Of a DNA stretch of 64,000 bases, positions 63,559 through 64,000 are shown piece by piece (within the stretch, counting starts at the first letter, position 1; each line of letters begins with the position of its first letter). Origin of the DNA: a virus (Duplodnaviria; Caudoviricetes). Location of the stretch: the IMG/VR virus record IMGVR_UViG_3300008255_000098; one strand, 5' to 3'. The notes below the pieces were generated by a model. The model saw nothing but the letters and a program-made list of their open reading frames with translations, searched no databases and was not told where the DNA came from. Made by a program: the position numbers and the translations under genes.

Positions 63559-63806
63559 TTTATTTTTCTTTCTCTAACGGGTACTCCGATAAGTATTAAG
63601 ATAAAATCTATTTTACACTAAAGACATTCTATAAATAACATTTTTAACTTTTTTTAAAATACCAAATTAGTTTACAAAATAATTTAGTAATGTCATCCTA
63701 TGTATGGGAATTTAAATCGTATGGAGCGATAACTAATAAACTTTGCTTTTGCAACTTACTTCTTGCGGCTGATAGTATTCCTTATTTATAATTGAAAGAA
63801 TTATTC

Positions 63807-64000
63807 ATGGCAGACAAATTAACGATTCACCAAGGTGACAATTTAGAAATATTAAAAACTCTTGAAGACAAAACTTATGAATTAGTTTATACAGACCCTC
63901 CTTATAATACTAAAATTATACAAAAACGAAAACGTTCTAGCCACGGGAAAGAAATAGTAGAGCTTTCTAGTTTGGCTTATGAAGACAATAAAGAAGACTT
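63807..64000 (+). CDS. DNA methyltransferase (N4-C/N6-A class), partial
   Basis: MADKLTIHQGDNLEILK...VYTDPPYN; runs off the window edge. Confidence 0.85.
   Translation, partial: MADKLTIHQGDNLEILKTLEDKTYELVYTDPPYNTKIIQKRKRSSHGKEIVELSSLAYEDNKED

Noticed and set aside
1-64000. CRISPR array or cas operon
   Set aside because: No run of equal-length direct repeats with unique spacers was seen. The Cas4-like gene at 21810-22700 is a solo phage exonuclease with no cas1/cas2 nearby.
1-64000. Genome-wide stop-codon reassignment (code 15 or 4)
   Set aside because: Long conserved genes translate full length in code 11, and TAA, TAG and TGA all terminate genes at expected domain ends.

Overview
AT-rich 64 kb segment of a very large (jumbo/huge) tailed bacteriophage genome, read with the standard bacterial code. 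Left part, mostly minus strand: replication and recombination genes (intein-containing DnaB/gp41-type helicase, 5'-3' exonuclease, dUTPase, RecA, gp32-like SSB, DnaE-type polymerase, Cas4-like exonuclease), three glycosyltransferases, an IMPDH/GMP reductase and a T4-type large terminase. Right part, mostly plus strand: CCA-adding enzyme; SGNH esterase, lytic transglycosylase and holin-like genes; 34 tRNA genes read by eye (33 at 36.2-46.9 kb) interleaved with many folded spacer RNAs; AsnB, AsnRS, NAD kinase, NUDIX, Map, NADAR, a sigma factor, tmRNA, VanW, a Pth2-like protein, a macrodomain and a DNA methyltransferase. Most notable signals: (1) a tRNA with a UUA (ochre-reading) anticodon in a genome whose genes often stop at TAA; (2) 12 tRNA genes ending in CTA or CAA instead of CCA, alongside a phage CCA enzyme; (3) four TnpB omegaRNA-like scaffolds with no intact tnpB in the window, one with a guide position nearly matching the adjacent tmRNA gene and one abutting tRNA-Trp +1; (4) a sigma70 factor whose region 4.2 helix-turn-helix appears to be a separate gene; (5) several unassigned structured RNAs. 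All calls come from manual motif recognition and folding by eye; no searches were run.
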